NCBI GenBank assembly: GCA_965208105.1
Contig: OZ242318.1
Coordinates: forward strand, 320,001-384,000
Length of the DNA: 64,000 bases
Direction of reading: 5' to 3'
Source: Candidatus Latescibacterota bacterium
Lineage (GTDB): Bacteria > Latescibacterota > UBA2968 > UBA8231
In this document: one piece after another, positions 19,313 through 29,125 of the stretch
How the letters are laid out: every line of letters begins with the position of its first letter
Numbering within the stretch: the stretch's first letter is position 1
Translations under genes and position numbers: made by a program
The notes under the pieces: model-generated
Seen by the model: the letters and a program-made list of their open reading frames with translations, nothing else
Databases searched by the model: none
What the model was told of the DNA's origin: nothing

Positions 19313-20423
19313 TATAATCCGGGAAATAGCCTCATTGAAAGAGACCCGGGAGCAAGCCGCCCTCGCATCTCTGGTCTGGAGCAGCGGTTCCATTCCCATG
19401 AGCGACCGTGCCAAGATGCTCATGCGGCCGAACCGCGGGGCAGTGGGAACGATTGGAGGCGGATGCCTGGAAGCCGAGATCCTCAATGTGGGGCGCGAGG
19501 TCATGAAGACGAGGAAGCCCCACCTGACGCGCTATACCATGACCGAGAAGCAGGCTGGAGAAAGCGGTCTGAATTGCGGCGGGACCGTCCGCATTCTGAC
19601 CGAACCCATCGACCCCCACTCCGATGCGGATGCCTATGGCCTCCTGCTGCGCGCCCGCGAGGAGCGCAAGGGCTGCGTCATGGCCACGCTGCTCGGAGGA
19701 AAGCCGGTTGGGGAGCCGGCAGGAGGCAAGATGCTGGTCTTCGAGGACGGTGAGTGCAGCGGTACTCTCGGCCTGGAGGAGATCGACGAGCAAGTGCTGC
19801 AAATCGTGGACGAGGTGCTTGAAAGGGAGCGGGGGGTGGTCAGGGAGCTGGTGATTGGCTCCCGGCAGGCCTCCGCGAAAAAAATCGGGTCGGAAGAAGG
19901 GGTAGAAGTATTCGTCGAGCCTTATTTGCCGCCACCAGTGCTCTACGTGTTCGGCGGCGGGCACGTTGGGGAGCAGATAGGCCGGATGGCAAAGAGGGTG
20001 GGCTTCTGGGTGGTGGTGGTCGACGACCGGCCGCTTTTCGCCAATCCGCAAAGACACCCGCACGCCGACGAGTGGGTGGTGGAGGAGATGGACCGGGTTT
20101 TCCAGGTTCTGGATATAGACGAGCAATCGTACATCGTGGCGGCCACCCGCGGCCACCAGCACGATGAGGTGGTGGTCCAGCAGGCCATCGAGACACCCGC
20201 CCGCTATATCGGCATGCTGGGAAGCGAGCGCAAGAAGATGCTGATGTGGAAGCGCATCGAAGGCCGGGGAGGGCACCGGGCCCGCCTGGATCAGGTCTAC
20301 GCTCCCATCGGTCTCAACATCGGCGCCGATACACCCGAGGAGATCGGGATCAGTGTCGCAGCCGAACTGATCAAGGTGCGCCGCGGGACGAGAAAGATCT
20401 GGAAGACGAAGAAAGGGAGGTGA
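19305..20423 (+). CDS. xdhC: XdhC/CoxI family molybdoenzyme maturation factor
   Basis: GTIGGGCLE, GLNCGG, FGGGHV, TRGH.HD, YIGMLGS, APIGL.IGA.TPEEI. Confidence 0.9.
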   Translation: MDDIIREIASLKETREQAALASLVWSSGSIPMSDRAKMLMRPNRGAVGTIGGGCLEAEILNVGREVMKTRKPHLTRYTMTEKQAGESGLNCGGTVRILTEPIDPHSDADAYGLLLRAREERKGCVMATLLGGKPVGEPAGGKMLVFEDGECSGTLGLEEIDEQVLQIVDEVLERERGVVRELVIGSRQASAKKIGSEEGVEVFVEPYLPPPVLYVFGGGHVGEQIGRMAKRVGFWVVVVDDRPLFANPQRHPHADEWVVEEMDRVFQVLDIDEQSYIVAATRGHQHDEVVVQQAIETPARYIGMLGSERKKMLMWKRIEGRGGHRARLDQVYAPIGLNIGADTPEEIGISVAAELIKVRRGTRKIWKTKKGR

Positions 20424-20635
20424 GGTTCCCCCCATGGAATCGCCATGCGGAGGGGAAACAGCCAAGGGTTTCAGGGAGGAGCCTTTCTACCGGCCGGGCG
20501 GACCTCTGGGGATCTCGATCGAAGCTTGAGAAATAATTCTTGTGAATCGAAAAATTAATTCGTATCCCATATAGCTGACAGACTGATTCGTCCTCGCGGA
20601 CCAACCGCCGCTTCCTAGAGCAGGGGAGGATTGAG

Positions 20636-22003
20636 ATGAACGCCGAGCTTAGTTCCCTTAGCGTCATATTTACCGAGTTCTACTACTGGCTGACGGTCGT
20701 GCTCATGTTCTTCATCCATGTGGGGTTCTGCATGTATGAGGTGGGGGTATCGAGGAATAAAAACCACATCCATACCTTGATGAAGAATACGATGCTGATC
20801 CCGCTGGTCACCATCACTTTCTTCTTCTTCGGATGGTGGATCTATTTCGCCTTTCCCAACGGGCCTGGGATAATCGGCGGCCTCGTCGAGGCGCCCCACG
20901 CGGTGGCCTGGAGCGAGCTCATGGGGCCGCACATGGGGGGCGCTGGAGACCCGGACGGTTGGGCACGGCTCAACGGGGTTTTCTGGGCGGCATTCCTCCT
21001 CTTCTCATGGACGGCGGCCTCCATCGTATCGGGTTCGGTCATCGAACGCATCCGGTCCTCTGCCTTCTGGATCCTGGCGATCCTCATAGGATCGGTGTTC
21101 TGGGTAATTGACGCGGCATGGGGCTGGCATGCCGAAGGCTGGATGGTGCAGGTACTGGGCTATCACGACGCCTATGCATCCGGAGTGATTCACGCCGTTG
21201 CCGGTGGTTTCGGTCTCGGCGTCCTGGTGGTCCTTGGTCCGCGCATCGGCAAGTTCGCCTCGGACGGTTCACCCAGGAGCCTGAATCCCCGCAATCCCTG
21301 GCTGGTGACCATTGGACTGTTTCTCATATACACCGGCTTCTGGGGGTTCTACGTGGCCTGCAACGTGCCGATGTGGGACGTGCAGAGCGGGGAGGGCACT
21401 TTCTTCTCGGCCACCAACATATATCTCGCTCCCACGACCCTGTCGGCCATCACCGTGAACTTCCTCATGGCGCTGTCGGGGGGCTTGCTCGCCGGGTACG
21501 TCATCTCCAGGGGGGACGCCTACTGGACCTATTCGTCGGGCCTGGCGGGGATCATCGCCGCGTCGGCGGGGAACGATCTCTACCATCCGATCCAGGCCAT
21601 GATCATAGCCGCACTCGGCGTCCTCTTCATGTACAAGATGCACTACTGGGTGGAGCGCAGGTTCAAGGTCGACGACGCGGTTGGCGCGGTGGCGGTGCAC
21701 GGCTACGCCGGATTCTTCGGTGTCGTCATCTGCGGGTTCGTGCTGTGGGGCTATCCCTCCTCGCCGGACGACAGCTTCGCCGCCATCAATCCGCTGGGAC
21801 AGATCGCCGGCGCCGTGATCATGTTCTTCGTGCTGGGATTCATTCCAGGCTGGGTCGCCGCCAAGATCATCAACAGTCTGGGCGGTCTGCGCATTCCGCG
21901 GGAGGTCGAGTTGGCTGGTCTGGACTACGCCACCGCACACGACCGGGCGCAGGAGGAGCAAGGCATCATCGACGCCGAGCGCGAGGAGCTTGACAAGATC
22001 TGA
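20636..22003 (+). CDS. amt: Divergent ammonium/methylammonium transporter (Amt family)
   Basis: About 11 TM helices; GF..YEVG.SR.KN, SG...ER, GPRIGKF, DDAVGAVAVHG, E..GLD. Confidence 0.9.
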   Translation: MNAELSSLSVIFTEFYYWLTVVLMFFIHVGFCMYEVGVSRNKNHIHTLMKNTMLIPLVTITFFFFGWWIYFAFPNGPGIIGGLVEAPHAVAWSELMGPHMGGAGDPDGWARLNGVFWAAFLLFSWTAASIVSGSVIERIRSSAFWILAILIGSVFWVIDAAWGWHAEGWMVQVLGYHDAYASGVIHAVAGGFGLGVLVVLGPRIGKFASDGSPRSLNPRNPWLVTIGLFLIYTGFWGFYVACNVPMWDVQSGEGTFFSATNIYLAPTTLSAITVNFLMALSGGLLAGYVISRGDAYWTYSSGLAGIIAASAGNDLYHPIQAMIIAALGVLFMYKMHYWVERRFKVDDAVGAVAVHGYAGFFGVVICGFVLWGYPSSPDDSFAAINPLGQIAGAVIMFFVLGFIPGWVAAKIINSLGGLRIPREVELAGLDYATAHDRAQEEQGIIDAEREELDKI

Positions 22004-22073
22004 TTCCCTTCAGGATCCCTGCCCGGTTTGAAGAAGGAACCCAGGGGAATCCAATTGAATACAGGAGACCGTC

Positions 22074-22307
22074 ATGACTACGGGAAATATCGCAAGCTGG
22101 GGGGGCAACATTTCTGAGATCGGCCCCCTGTACCCCTTTGTCGGTTCGGAGGTCCTGCTCTTCCTCGTCGGCATGGCCCTGTGGATCGTCTGGCATGTTC
22201 TGCAGGTGCGCACCGAGAGAAGCAGCTACGAGGACGAGATACAGCGCTTCGGCGACAAGGAGACCTTGCGGAAGATTCTGGATGCGGAAGATCCGTACTC
22301 CCCGTAG
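22074..22307 (+). CDS. Small single-TM membrane protein following amt
   Basis: AGGAG RBS; GPLYPFVGSE motif then a TM helix. Confidence 0.7.
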   Translation: MTTGNIASWGGNISEIGPLYPFVGSEVLLFLVGMALWIVWHVLQVRTERSSYEDEIQRFGDKETLRKILDAEDPYSP

Positions 22308-22820
22308 AAGTTCGAGAGTGGGATTTCGTTGCGGCTGCGTCACGATTATGTCGCCTGGATGGCCAGAAGCCGGAGAGGTGGCCGCAGTTCCGTAATCTTT
22401 CTTCTTGTCTCCAGCCGGTCCGCCGGTCTCATCTAGCGGGGCTTCCCCACCATCCTTCCGTTGGCCCCTTGTCCCTGTTTCCATCCGCTCTGTAAGGGGA
22501 CCCCAAAACGATGGGGAACCGCCGCCGGCAAGACCTTTTCTTCCCGTTGACTCCGGGGCCTGGGCTCGAAACCGCCCGGTTTCAATCCGCGGTGCAGAGA
22601 CCGCGGCGGCAATGCACCTTTCCTCCTTCCAACATGCCCCCAGGGGCGATCAGGTAACCCTTCCAGGGGATTGCCTGGCAGTCCTCCTCCGCTGCATCCC
22701 GAGCTGCGGGATTGCCCTTCCCTTCGATCTTCCACCGGCATGGAACGATCCGGCCCCCTGCCGGCCGGCGCTTCGGCCCTTTCGATTCTGCCTGTTGTCT
22801 CCGGGCGGGCACACCAGGTG

Positions 22821-24539
22821 ATGTTTTCTACCAGCGGCGACCCACCCGACCGGGGTGCGGCAATAGTTCGCCTGCGGTGGCTGTTCTTGTTGGCCGGACT
22901 GTCCGTGGCCGGGGCTCTCGGCCTGTGGCTGGCATACGAGGTATGGGGTGGCCCCCTGGTGAGGAGTGCGTATCTGCGCCAGACCTCGATCGACTGGCTG
23001 AACGGCATCATCAACAGGCAGGATATACACCCTCTGCAATACTACCACGACAAGGCTGACCGGGCCGCGCGCGGAGCCATACTGGCATTGCTTTCGGCTC
23101 CGCTGTTTCTGGGTAGCTGGTTTGCGGCCGCCCGGCGTTGGCCCGGTTCGGCCTGGAACGACCCGCTGGTCGGCGGCGGTCTGACAGCCACCGGGCTCTG
23201 GTCGGTGGCGTATGTTCTCGAGGTGCCGGTCTTCCAGGTCCTGCCCCACTGGTTCTGGGCGCTGAGCCCCAAGCAGTTGTCCTGGTGGTGGCTGCCGCCG
23301 CTGCTGGCCGCTTCGTCGTGGTTTGTGCTGCGGACGGTATTGCGGAATCCCCGGCGCACGGCGATCAATTTGCTGCTGCTGGCCCTCCTTTCCTATTGCC
23401 TTCAGCATGGCTTTGCGCTGACCGAAGGGCGGGGCCTGGAGGTCATGCGCGATTGCCTGCTCAAAACCGGCCACGCCGATTTCGTCCACCAGGCCCTGGT
23501 CATCGAGGACCCGCTTCGCCTGGCCGGCAACTATGGCCGCTTACTAGTGGGCGGGGAGCTTTCTCTCTTCCCCCACGCTACCAAACCTCCGGGGGCTCTG
23601 CTGTTCTTCTGGGCCTTTGCGCGGTCAGGCCAGGCTTTCCTGGGGCTGGCTACGGCGGAGGAGCTGGCGACATGGGCCGCCCTGGTCTTCCCGCTCGGGG
23701 CCAGCGCCGCGGTGGTTCCCCTTTTTTTCCTGTGCCGCATGGCCATGCCCCTGCCCCAGGCGTGGGTGGTGACATCCCTTTTCCCCCTTGTCCCTTCCTC
23801 GGCATTGATCCTCCTGCACGCAGACCAGTTCCTCTTTCCATTGCTCGGGCTGCTGTTCATCTGCTGTTGGATGCGGGCCCTGAAATCGGCGGGCTGGTGG
23901 TGGGGACTGGCGGCGGGAATCGCGTTTTACGCGGCGACCTTCTTCTCCTTTGCGCTGGTGGCTCTCGCTCCGATAGCCCCGGTGTCGGCGGCGGCCCTCC
24001 TGTGGCATGGTGACCGGAAGCGGTGGCGCCGCGTTGGATTGGCAGCGGCTTGCGCGGTCATGGGATTCCTCGGGGTCTATGGGATCCTGTACGCGGGATT
24101 GGACTACAGTGCCCTGGATAGATTCCAGCATGCGCTCGCATCTCACCAGGGGTGGAAGGTTGAGTCCTGGGGTGGCGGAATGCGGTCTTATTTCGCCCTT
24201 TTGAACCTGATCGAATTCACCCTGTGGTGCGGAATTCCCCTGTCACTCCTGGCCGCAGCAGATCTGTGGCGGGGTTTGCGCAACTGGAGGGTGTGGGACG
24301 AGGGCCTGGGTCTGTCCTGGAGCCTCCTTTTCATTCTGTTGGTCCTGGGGATGGCGGGCAAGACCGCGGCTGAAAGCGGCCGCCTGTGGTTGTTTCTGGT
24401 TCCCCTGGTACTGCTTTCCGCCGCGCGCCACTTGCACCGCCTTTGCGGGAAGCAGGTCGAGTGGCCAGCCATGGTCCTGGCGCTGTCGCAATTTGTCTCG
24501 ATTGTGGTTCTCAAGACCCGCCAGGATTTCCTGCAGTGA
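22821..24539 (+). CDS. Polytopic membrane protein, putative GT-C-type glycosyltransferase
   Basis: Many TM helices, H..KPPG motif, E..RLWLF near the C-terminus; start uncertain. Confidence 0.55.
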   Translation: MFSTSGDPPDRGAAIVRLRWLFLLAGLSVAGALGLWLAYEVWGGPLVRSAYLRQTSIDWLNGIINRQDIHPLQYYHDKADRAARGAILALLSAPLFLGSWFAAARRWPGSAWNDPLVGGGLTATGLWSVAYVLEVPVFQVLPHWFWALSPKQLSWWWLPPLLAASSWFVLRTVLRNPRRTAINLLLLALLSYCLQHGFALTEGRGLEVMRDCLLKTGHADFVHQALVIEDPLRLAGNYGRLLVGGELSLFPHATKPPGALLFFWAFARSGQAFLGLATAEELATWAALVFPLGASAAVVPLFFLCRMAMPLPQAWVVTSLFPLVPSSALILLHADQFLFPLLGLLFICCWMRALKSAGWWWGLAAGIAFYAATFFSFALVALAPIAPVSAAALLWHGDRKRWRRVGLAAACAVMGFLGVYGILYAGLDYSALDRFQHALASHQGWKVESWGGGMRSYFALLNLIEFTLWCGIPLSLLAAADLWRGLRNWRVWDEGLGLSWSLLFILLVLGMAGKTAAESGRLWLFLVPLVLLSAARHLHRLCGKQVEWPAMVLALSQFVSIVVLKTRQDFLQ

Positions 24540-24564
24540 GCCGCGAAGGGGGCTGCGCCTCTTC

Positions 24565-24593
24565 TTGACCGGCGCTCGATGCGCTCTTATAAT
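24565..24593 (+). promoter_or_regulatory. Sigma70 promoter
   Basis: TTGACC-N17-TATAAT upstream of the Gfo/Idh/MocA pair. Confidence 0.75.
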
Positions 24594-24716
24594 CCACCTT
24601 TTCGCGGATCCCCGGTCACCAGCCTCCGTGCCTTCCGGGTTCGGCGCCCGGGATGGGGAGCGAGGAATTTTTGCTGGGGAGAACGGCCTATCAACCTGAG
24701 TGATTGAATCCGAGGA

Positions 24717-25739
24717 GTGATTGAGGTGCTGAGAATCGGCTTGGCGGGACTGGGACACGGCGGAACTCTGCTCGAAGCCAACGACCCTGGCAATGCCCGG
24801 CTGCCCATGCGCGTGACCGCGGTGTGCGATACGGATGAGGGCAGAATCCGGAAGGTGGTTGAAGAGTACGGAATCGAGGATGCCACCACGGATTTCGGCG
24901 AACTGATCAGCCGGGAGGATTTGGACATCGTGGGTATCTATACCCCCGGTCCTCTGCACGCCGCCCAGATTCTGAGTGCGCTGGAGGCGGGCAAGCACGT
25001 CATGGTGACCAAGTCCATGGTCTATACCATGGAGGAAGCTGAGATGGTCGTGAAAGCGGTGGAGGAGACCGGGCTGGTCCTGCTGGTCACACAGACCATG
25101 CGGGGCCGCTTCGACTTCATGGACGCCAAGGCAGCCTGCGACGCCGGCGAGATAGGTGATCTGTTCATGGCCGAAGCGCACTACGTCCACGACCTTCGCC
25201 CCGTCTACCTGAGGACTCCCTGGCGCACGCGGATGCCCCAGGACCTGATTCTCGGGGGAGCTTGCCACCCCATTGACCTGTTGCGCTGGTTCATGGGCGA
25301 TATCGAGGAGGTCCACTGCTACGGGCTCCGGGGCGGATTGGCGCGGGATTATCCGCGGGAGGACAATTTCGTCATCAACGTCCGATTCACCAGCGGCCGG
25401 ATCGGGCGAATCGCCAATTTTCTGGGGGTGGTGCACCCTCCCGGGGTTCCGATGAACAGCCTCGCCCTCTACGGGACCCGAGGAACCATCGTCAATGGGG
25501 AGAAGCGCATAGACGCCGCGGAGTTTCTGCCGGAGCGCACCTACAGGGCAGAGTTTCCGGGCATGCGGGGCCATCACAGCGAGATGGTGGTGATGCTCCG
25601 GCACATGGCGCAATGCGTCCTCGAGGGCGTCAGGCCCTGGGTGGGGGCGCTCGAGGGAGCCAGGGTCGTGTCCACGGGCCTGGCCTGCTGGCAATCGCTC
25701 CGCGAAGGAGTTCCCGTAAAGGTGCGGAATAATTTCTAG
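24717..25739 (+). CDS. Gfo/Idh/MocA oxidoreductase
   Basis: GLAGLG, AVCD, ALEAGKHV..TKS, H..DL. Confidence 0.9.
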   Translation: MIEVLRIGLAGLGHGGTLLEANDPGNARLPMRVTAVCDTDEGRIRKVVEEYGIEDATTDFGELISREDLDIVGIYTPGPLHAAQILSALEAGKHVMVTKSMVYTMEEAEMVVKAVEETGLVLLVTQTMRGRFDFMDAKAACDAGEIGDLFMAEAHYVHDLRPVYLRTPWRTRMPQDLILGGACHPIDLLRWFMGDIEEVHCYGLRGGLARDYPREDNFVINVRFTSGRIGRIANFLGVVHPPGVPMNSLALYGTRGTIVNGEKRIDAAEFLPERTYRAEFPGMRGHHSEMVVMLRHMAQCVLEGVRPWVGALEGARVVSTGLACWQSLREGVPVKVRNNF

Positions 25740-25827
25740 ACTGGGGCTACGCCTTTGAGTGGTCGGTTCAAAATCCGGATTCTCGAATCGATCCGGCTCG
25801 GGCGGATTACAATTCAGGAGCAGGTGA

Positions 25828-26817
25828 ATGGCTGAAATAAGGATTGGCATGGTGGGAGGCGGGGGTATGGGCAACCATCACGCAGGAGCGATAGCGCAGC
25901 GGGAAGGTGCCAGTGTTGCGGGGATGTGCGATCCAAATGCAGAGGCATTGGACTGGCTCGCCGCTACCCTGGGTCCGGAGGGAAACAAGGTGGCTCGATA
26001 CTCCGACCTGGAATCGATGCTTGCGCATGAAACCCTCGATGCGGCGGTGGTAACCACGCCGCACACTCTGCACGGCGACCATGTGCGCGCCTGCCTGGAG
26101 GCGGGGTTGCACGTCCTCGTCGAGAAGCCGATGGCGACCACCAGCGCCGATGCGCGCGATTTCATCTCCATGGCGAAGAAGGCAAACAGGGTCCTTGCCA
26201 TTGCTTACCAGCGGCACGGGGAGGGAAAGTTCATCAGGGCCCGCCAGTTGCTGCGGGAAGGGGCCATCGGCGAAGTCAGACTGGTGCACCTCATCATTGC
26301 CCAGGACTGCCTGCGAAATTTCCTGCCCGGCGCATCGTGGCGGGCGGACCCCGAGCTTTCCGGGGGAGGGCACTTCATGGATACCGGCAGCCATGTCAAC
26401 GACATCCTGCTGTGGACGACGGGACTCGAGCCGCGCCGGGTGCAGGCCTTCATCCAGCAGGAGGGGACGCTGGTGGACGTGCTGACCGCCGTGGCGGTAG
26501 AGTTCACCAGCGGAGCGGTGGGGACCCTGGCCTATACCTCGTTGTCGCCGGAATGGCGGGAAGAATTCACCTTCTACGGCACGGAGGGGGTGATGCGCTT
26601 CGGGGCTGCCGAGCCGTTGCGGGTCCAGCGTCGCGGGGAGGACATCATCCTGCCCATCCCCCCTCCCGTCGGCCAGCCGCCACTACCCAACTTCATCGAC
26701 GCTATCGAAGGCAAATCCGCCGTGCAGGCTCCTCCCCTCTGCGGGCTCCGGGTGGCGCAGCTGAGCGAGGCGGTCTACGCATCGGCGAGGTCCGGGCGGC
26801 CGGAGCTGGTCGCGTAG
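25828..26817 (+). CDS. Gfo/Idh/MocA oxidoreductase
   Basis: GGGGMG, TPH..H, HVLVEKP, SGGG..MD.GSH. Confidence 0.92.
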   Translation: MAEIRIGMVGGGGMGNHHAGAIAQREGASVAGMCDPNAEALDWLAATLGPEGNKVARYSDLESMLAHETLDAAVVTTPHTLHGDHVRACLEAGLHVLVEKPMATTSADARDFISMAKKANRVLAIAYQRHGEGKFIRARQLLREGAIGEVRLVHLIIAQDCLRNFLPGASWRADPELSGGGHFMDTGSHVNDILLWTTGLEPRRVQAFIQQEGTLVDVLTAVAVEFTSGAVGTLAYTSLSPEWREEFTFYGTEGVMRFGAAEPLRVQRRGEDIILPIPPPVGQPPLPNFIDAIEGKSAVQAPPLCGLRVAQLSEAVYASARSGRPELVA

Positions 26818-26858
26818 AATGCGGTTGTCGCGGCGCATCCAGAATTATTGCCAGAGCC

Positions 26859-27548
26859 ATGAAGCGCTACACCAGCAGGCAGATCCGGAAGACCCTGAGG
26901 AAATACTCTGTCAAAACCACGGAACTAAATGTAGCGGAGGATGTTAAGTTAAATCTATCAGAGGTTGAGGACGCCTACGGGCTGCTGGATCGCATGATAG
27001 AGCAGGAGGGCCGCCTGCACCGGGCGGAGCGCTATCCGTACTGGGCCGAATTGTGGCCGGCTGGCGTGGCCCTCAGCCGCTGGTTCTGCAATGCGGGGCT
27101 GGAATCCAGGCACATCAAGGAACTGGGTTGCGGGCTGGGTCTGGTGGGTATTACCCTGGCGCGCCTGGGCTGGCGGGTGGAGGCTACGGATTTCGTCGAG
27201 GATGCACTTGTATTCACCACCCACAACGCGCTGGAGAATAGGGTTGCCGGCCGCCTTTCTGTCTCCTATCTGGACTGGAGCAACCCCGTCGGACCACCCT
27301 GTGAATGCCTGGTGGCATCCGACGTGGTCTACGAGAAGAAAAATCATCCGTACCTGGCGCAGGTTTTACGCACTTTGCTCCTGCCGGGTGGCTTCTTCTA
27401 TCTGGGCGACCCGCGCCGCCCCCAGGCCGGGCTCTTTGTGGAAATGCTCAAGCAACAGGGATACTGGCATCGCACAGAGTCCTTGACGGTGGGCTGGAAA
27501 TCACGCGATTGCAAGGTCGATATCCACATCCTGAACAAACCGGTCTGA
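26859..27548 (+). CDS. Class I SAM methyltransferase, Methyltransf_16 (protein-lysine methyltransferase-like)
   Basis: PYWAELWP, ELGCGLG, TD, LDW, ASDVVY. Confidence 0.85.
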   Translation: MKRYTSRQIRKTLRKYSVKTTELNVAEDVKLNLSEVEDAYGLLDRMIEQEGRLHRAERYPYWAELWPAGVALSRWFCNAGLESRHIKELGCGLGLVGITLARLGWRVEATDFVEDALVFTTHNALENRVAGRLSVSYLDWSNPVGPPCECLVASDVVYEKKNHPYLAQVLRTLLLPGGFFYLGDPRRPQAGLFVEMLKQQGYWHRTESLTVGWKSRDCKVDIHILNKPV

Positions 27549-27578
27549 ATACTTCCTCCGGCCAGGCTTCTTCCGGCG

Positions 27579-28532
27579 TCAATGGCTTTCCGCATCTTTG
27601 AGCGCACATAGATGGGCTGCAGCCGAGCCGGCTGTAGCCTCCAGGTCATATCCTCCTTCCAGGGTCGAAACCACCTTTCCACCGCAGTAGTCCTCCGCCA
27701 TGGACAGGACTTCCCGGGTCAGGACCTCGAATCCCCGTTCCGTGAGTTGAATATCCCCCAGGGGATCGGCCCGGTGGGCGTCGAAGCCGGCGGAAATCAG
27801 GATGAAATCCGGCTCGAAGGATTCCATTGCCGGGCGCAGTTCTTCGTGGAAGACATGCAGGTACTCCGCATCGCCGCTCCCGGCCGGCATGGGCGCGTTG
27901 AGGGTGTATCCGCTGCCGGCCCCACGGCCTCGTTCGCCGCGGGCACCGGTTCCCGGGTAATGGGGAAACTGGTGGATGCTGAAGAAGAAGATCGAGGGGT
28001 CCTCCTCGAAGCTGTGCTGGGTGCCGTTGCCGTGATGCACGTCCCAATCGACGATGGCGACCCTTTCGATGCCGTGCCGGGTTTGCAGGTAGCGCGCGGC
28101 AATGCCGACGTTGTTGAAATAGCAGAACCCCATCATGACCCCGCGCTCGGCGTGGTGCCCGGGAGGACGAACGACGCAGAAGCAGTTGTCGGCGCGGTTT
28201 TCGACGACGGCGTCGATGGCCTCCTGCACGGCTCCGGCGGCCAAAAGCGCGGCCCGGTAGGTTGAGGGACTGACCACCGTATCCGGGGTGGCCGCCACCG
28301 GACGACCCAAGGCCGCGAGCCTGCTCACGGTCTCGATGTGAGCGCTGGTGTGGATGAGTTCGAGGCTTGCAATGCCGGCTTCCACTGGCATGGAGACCGG
28401 GACCTGGTCCAGGAGATTCCGGGTCTCTAGGTGCTCCATGATGGAATGCAGGCGCTGGGGCCGTTCGGGATGCCCCGGCCCGGAATCGTGCCGGGTGCAG
28501 TCGGGATGGTAGAAAAGGACGGTGCGGGCCAT
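27579..28532 (-). CDS. Histone deacetylase-family amidohydrolase
   Basis: HPERP.R, RPPGHHA, GFC.FNN, DWDVHHGNGT, SAGFDAH..D, LEGGY. Confidence 0.95.
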   Translation of the reverse strand: MARTVLFYHPDCTRHDSGPGHPERPQRLHSIMEHLETRNLLDQVPVSMPVEAGIASLELIHTSAHIETVSRLAALGRPVAATPDTVVSPSTYRAALLAAGAVQEAIDAVVENRADNCFCVVRPPGHHAERGVMMGFCYFNNVGIAARYLQTRHGIERVAIVDWDVHHGNGTQHSFEEDPSIFFFSIHQFPHYPGTGARGERGRGAGSGYTLNAPMPAGSGDAEYLHVFHEELRPAMESFEPDFILISAGFDAHRADPLGDIQLTERGFEVLTREVLSMAEDYCGGKVVSTLEGGYDLEATAGSAAAHLCALKDAESH

Positions 28533-29005
28533 TATTCCACGCCTCTCCCGCGCGGATTCCCCAGAGCCTCAATTGCACGCTGGCCGAGGATGCGTATATC
28601 GGCGCCGACCTCGGCGGAGTCGAGCTCTCCGTGGGTATACCAGCGGAAATCGCGGGCCTCCGTGAGGTTGAGTCGGAGCCTTCCTCCTGTGACCCGGCCG
28701 ATATAGATGAGGTCTATGTGCTGGTGTCCGGCCTCGATGTCCTCGAGGAGGATACACAAAGGGGTGAGCAACACCTCGACCTCTCCCCACCTCTGGTGAT
28801 TTCCGTGCAACTCGACTTCGAAGCCGGTCTCTTCCAGAACCTCGCGAAGGGCGGCTTCCTCGGGCAATTCGTGTGGCTCGATGTGCCCTCCTGGCGGAAG
28901 CCACGCCTTGATTTTATTGTGCCACAGGAGCAGGGTCCGGTTTTCCTGAATCACGAAAGTCGTGGCCGTGAAATCACGCGTGATGGTGTGCACGGGGTCC
29001 TCCAT
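28532..29005 (-). CDS. NUDIX hydrolase
   Basis: PGGHIE..E...EAALREVLEETG Nudix box. Confidence 0.92.
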   Translation of the reverse strand: MEDPVHTITRDFTATTFVIQENRTLLLWHNKIKAWLPPGGHIEPHELPEEAALREVLEETGFEVELHGNHQRWGEVEVLLTPLCILLEDIEAGHQHIDLIYIGRVTGGRLRLNLTEARDFRWYTHGELDSAEVGADIRILGQRAIEALGNPRGRGVE

Positions 29006-29125
29006 CCGTCTTCGGCATGTTTCCGGAGAGATAACCTAAGTACATAGCACTTGCCGATGATAATACTGAATTGCTAACTTAACCACTGGCTTTTCAGGTA
29101 ATTGGTCCAACAACGAAGGGAGAAT

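Noticed and set aside
18701-20423. mocA-xdhC as a novel system
   Set aside because: Common molybdoenzyme maturation pair; the target enzymes are presumably encoded elsewhere.
22308-22820. ORFs or RNA in the ~500-bp spacer after the amt partner gene
   Set aside because: The ORFs are low-complexity GC-rich artefacts and no convincing structure was seen.
24243-25874. Long antisense ORFs (543 aa here; also 31162-32487, 34212-35888, 38538-39950)
   Set aside because: Shadow frames of well-supported genes in high-GC DNA, with no motifs.
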